Source: an uncultured Gemmatimonadales bacterium
GTDB lineage: Bacteria > Gemmatimonadota > Gemmatimonadetes > Gemmatimonadales > GWC2-71-9
Direction of reading: 5' to 3'
Assembly (NCBI GenBank): GCA_963707875.1
Contig: CAVPRU010000003.1
Coordinates: 151,046 to 215,045, forward strand
Length of the DNA stretch: 64,000 nt
In this document: one piece after another, positions 61,107 to 64,000 of the stretch
Position numbering within the stretch: the stretch's first letter is position 1
Layout of the letters: every line of letters starts with the position of its first letter
The notes under the pieces: model-generated
What the model was told of the DNA's origin: nothing
What the model saw: the letters and a program-made list of their open reading frames with translations, nothing else
Database searches by the model: none
Position numbers and translations under genes: made by a program

Positions 61107-62558
61107 ATGTCGACTCCACTGCCCCGGACGCCATGGATCGCAGTCTCCGGCCTTCTCGTGATTGCCTTGGCCCAGACCGCGGAGGCGCAGACCACCCCGA
61201 CCGAGCGGGCCGCTGCGGGTTCGGTGCTCCAGGCCATCGACTCGGTACAGACCCGGCTGGCTCCGTCCGCCCAGGCCACCCGGCTGGCCACCCGGCGGGA
61301 TGCGGCACGCGACCGGATCCTGGAGCAGGCCGGGGCCATCTGGGACGGGGAGATGCAGGCGCTGAGCGATCACATCGGCCGCCACCCCGAGGTCGGCTGG
61401 AGGGAGTTCCAGTCGGTCGACACTCTGGTCAAGGTGCTTCGGCACCGCGGTTTTTCCGTGGAAGTCGGTGTAGCCGGGCTCGAAACGGCCTTTGTGGCGA
61501 CCTGGAATTCGCCGGCCGGGGCCGGCCCGGTGCTCGGGCTGATCGGCGAGTACGATGCCCTCCGCGATACCGAGGGGCCGTTCCACGGGGACCAGCATCA
61601 TGCCCAGACCCCGATCGTGATCGCCGCCGCGGTCGCCCTCCAGGAATACCTCACCACCGCGAAGGTGCCCGGGACGCTTCGGATCTACGGGACCCCCGCC
61701 GAGGAGGTGGGACCTCCGGCCAAGAGCATCATGCGGGATGCCGGTGTCTTCAAGGGCGCCGACATCCTGATCCGCAGTCACTCCTCAACCGAAACCAGCA
61801 GGGCCCGGGCGGGATTCGGGATCTGCTGCCTCAACATCAACGAGGTGAAGTACGTCTTCACCGGCCGACCATCCCACCAGTTGACCTCCTGGAACGGCCG
61901 AAACGCGCTCAGCGCGGCGGTTCGGTTCTACAGCTCGGTGGACGGCCTGCGATCCACCTTCCGGCCCGAGGCCAGCATTCAGGGGGTTATTCCCGAGGGC
62001 GGGGTCGCGCCCAACGTGGTCCCCGCCCGGGCGGTGGTCGACTACTACATCCGCTATCCCGACGGGGTCTACCTGGAACACATCACCCGGATGATCGACG
62101 ACGCCGCCCGCGGCGCCGCGCTGGCAACCGGGACCACGGTCGAGATCAACCGGTACGGCGAGTATCGAGATGGGGTCGCGCTGGGGACGCTGGAGGAAGC
62201 CTGGTTTGCCTACGCGAAGAAGCTGGGAGCACCGCATCTGGAGTTGGAGCCCCAGCGGCCGGCGGGCTACGAGGAAACCGGCGGAGTGTCTCATGACATC
62301 CCGGGGGTTGGTGTCAGTGTGTTCAGCTCCCGGGGCAGCTACCACACCCACGAGATGCTGGCCGATGGACTGGGACCGGTGGGGCATACCGGATTCCGGT
62401 TGGACGGGCAGATCATGGCAGTGGTGCTGTATCATTTCCTGACAGATGACGGCTTCCGCAAGTCCGTTCAGGATGAGCACAAGGTGTTGACCGGTCTTTT
62501 CGGTCAGTACCAGGAAAACCTGCGCCAGGCCTACGTTTCCGAGATCGGGATACCCTGA
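61107..62558 (+). CDS. Secreted M20-family (AbgB/ACY1L2-like) amidohydrolase
   Basis: Signal peptide, HPEVGWRE, ETAF, EYDAL, GTPAEE, GRNAL and GGVAPNVVP. Confidence 0.82.
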   Translation: MSTPLPRTPWIAVSGLLVIALAQTAEAQTTPTERAAAGSVLQAIDSVQTRLAPSAQATRLATRRDAARDRILEQAGAIWDGEMQALSDHIGRHPEVGWREFQSVDTLVKVLRHRGFSVEVGVAGLETAFVATWNSPAGAGPVLGLIGEYDALRDTEGPFHGDQHHAQTPIVIAAAVALQEYLTTAKVPGTLRIYGTPAEEVGPPAKSIMRDAGVFKGADILIRSHSSTETSRARAGFGICCLNINEVKYVFTGRPSHQLTSWNGRNALSAAVRFYSSVDGLRSTFRPEASIQGVIPEGGVAPNVVPARAVVDYYIRYPDGVYLEHITRMIDDAARGAALATGTTVEINRYGEYRDGVALGTLEEAWFAYAKKLGAPHLELEPQRPAGYEETGGVSHDIPGVGVSVFSSRGSYHTHEMLADGLGPVGHTGFRLDGQIMAVVLYHFLTDDGFRKSVQDEHKVLTGLFGQYQENLRQAYVSEIGIP

Positions 62559-62689
62559 CCACCCCCCTCGATCAACGGAGGGCTACACCTCCCTGACCCC
62601 TCAGCCGATAGAAAGAAGCGAACATCGCGCTCCGGAACGGCGGCAGCCACGAGGCTGCCTCTCGGAGGCGGACATCGGGTGGTGGGCAC

Positions 62690-63064
62690 ATGGGGACAGG
62701 GGAGCGCGAATGGGACGGCCGCCCGGTCTGGGATCGGGCGGTCCTGCGACAACATGCCGGCGGGGACGGGGCACTGGAGGCCCGGCTGGTCGGGGCCTTC
62801 CTCACCGACGCCCCCGGCCGACTCGGGGAGATTCTCGACGCGGCGGTCCGGGAGGACTTCCCGGAGATCGTTCAGGCCAGCCATGCCCTCAGAGGCCCGG
62901 CGGCAATGATCGCCGGTCAGGTGGTTCGCGGAATCACCGAAGCGCTGGTCGAGGCGGCTACCGCGGCCGACGCCGTTGCGACCGGGCAACTGATCCGGCT
63001 GCTCGATGACGCCCTCGGCGAGTTGCTGCAGCAGATCCGGGAATCGGCCAGGGAAGCGTCATGA
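62690..63064 (+). CDS. Stand-alone Hpt (histidine phosphotransfer) domain protein
   Basis: GGDGAL...LVGAFL...HALRGPAAMI matches the Hpt HxLKG pattern. Confidence 0.72.
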   Translation: MGTGEREWDGRPVWDRAVLRQHAGGDGALEARLVGAFLTDAPGRLGEILDAAVREDFPEIVQASHALRGPAAMIAGQVVRGITEALVEAATAADAVATGQLIRLLDDALGELLQQIRESAREAS

Positions 63065-63074
63065 AGGCAACCGG

Positions 63075-63989
63075 CTATCGCGCCTCACGAGCATCGCGAA
63101 GCCGGACATCGATCACCGGGGTTTCCACCAGATGGAAGGTGGCTGACGCCATCGCCACTCGCCCGTCGGTGTCATCGATGGCATCCAGCAACCGGGCGAA
63201 GAGTCGGTCTCGGGTCCCCCGTCGCGCCTTGTAGTCCACTACGTAGCGCAGGGTGAACTCGATCCAGTTGTCATTCGCCACCATCGTCACCAATGGCTCG
63301 ACCGAGGCGTCCTCCACCAGAAAGCGTTCCACCAGCTCCTTCCAGGCGATGCGCGCCCCCTCCGCATAGCTCCCCAATTCCTCAGTGGCCACCCGAGTGA
63401 TCAGGGCCCGGGCCTCCCGGTGATCTGATCCATACTTGATGGGCAGGATGATCTCGTCCCACAGGAACGGGAAGTCCCCTGAGTAATTGAAGACCGGCTC
63501 CTTGAAGATGAAGCTGTTGGCCACCCGGACCACCCGCCCGGTGTAGAGATCACCCTTGACCCACTCCCCGACTTCCATCAGCGTCGTCCGCAGCACCCCG
63601 ATGTCGATGACATCCCCCTTTATCCCCCCCAGCTGGACCCGGTCGCCGGTCTTGTAGAACCCCGAGAACGTCAGTGCAAACCACCCGGCCACACTGGCGA
63701 TCAGCTCCTGCAGGGCGAAGGCGATTCCAGCGCCTGCCACCCCGAAGGCCACGGTCAGGCCACCGAGCTTCGGACTGTAGACCACCACCAGCACGAGCAC
63801 CGCCAGCAGGTAGCCGACCCCGGTGACCATTTTCCGGGCCCGGTACCGGGTATCGCCGTCTCGGATCCGGCGGAGCGCCGAGCGCTTGACCAGGCGAACC
63901 GCCAGAACCACCAGCAACACCCCGAGCAGGGCGGTGGCCAGGCGGACTACGGTGGGGTCGGAGATCAGTCGGTCGAGGCTCTCGGGCAT
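63075..63989 (-). CDS. MscS-family mechanosensitive channel
   Basis: Three TM helices, GIAFALQ, GDRVQLGGIKGDVIDIG and YTGRVVRVAN. Confidence 0.92.
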   Translation of the reverse strand: MPESLDRLISDPTVVRLATALLGVLLVVLAVRLVKRSALRRIRDGDTRYRARKMVTGVGYLLAVLVLVVVYSPKLGGLTVAFGVAGAGIAFALQELIASVAGWFALTFSGFYKTGDRVQLGGIKGDVIDIGVLRTTLMEVGEWVKGDLYTGRVVRVANSFIFKEPVFNYSGDFPFLWDEIILPIKYGSDHREARALITRVATEELGSYAEGARIAWKELVERFLVEDASVEPLVTMVANDNWIEFTLRYVVDYKARRGTRDRLFARLLDAIDDTDGRVAMASATFHLVETPVIDVRLRDAREAR

Positions 63990-64000
63990 CGGGACGGGCA

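Noticed and set aside
62560-62585. CCCCTCGATCAACGGAGGG as a second PadR-type operator
   Set aside because: The symmetry is imperfect and it sits right after a stop codon, so a weak terminator-like hairpin or chance is more likely.

Overview
This window is high-GC, gene-dense bacterial chromosome. The protein style and gene neighbourhoods suggest Gemmatimonadota, which is an inference. It holds about 57 CDSs, mostly housekeeping, metabolic and secreted-hydrolase genes: a GcvT-like gene plus two phytoene-dehydrogenase-like flavoproteins, queG, ndh, a deoxyhypusine-synthase-like gene with a Spinster-type MFS, a kinase-M23-aminotransferase fusion, copZ-copA-csoR, glutamine synthetase III, thyA-folA, hbd and thiolase, rnhA, selD, slt, gluQ, udk, several peptidases and MscS. 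I saw no rRNA, tRNA, CRISPR array, integrase or transposase. The ORF track misses or splits several genes. selD reads through an in-frame UGA (selenocysteine) followed by a SECIS-like hairpin. copA and a GlcD-like oxidase each carry a one-base homopolymer frameshift, probably an assembly error. The best leads are: an RNase HI whose catalytic Glu48 equivalent is Ala with a new Glu next to Asp10; the uncharacterised GcvT plus two-flavoprotein module; a secreted M20 hydrolase with altered metal ligands; a large protein with a cryptic GNAT-like motif; a tandem-cupredoxin lipoprotein; an ATPase-wHTH gene behind an AT-rich island with repeated motifs; and readable cis-elements (CsoR and PadR operators, a sigma54 promoter, leaderless -10 boxes). 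Nothing here can be proven novel without database searches.
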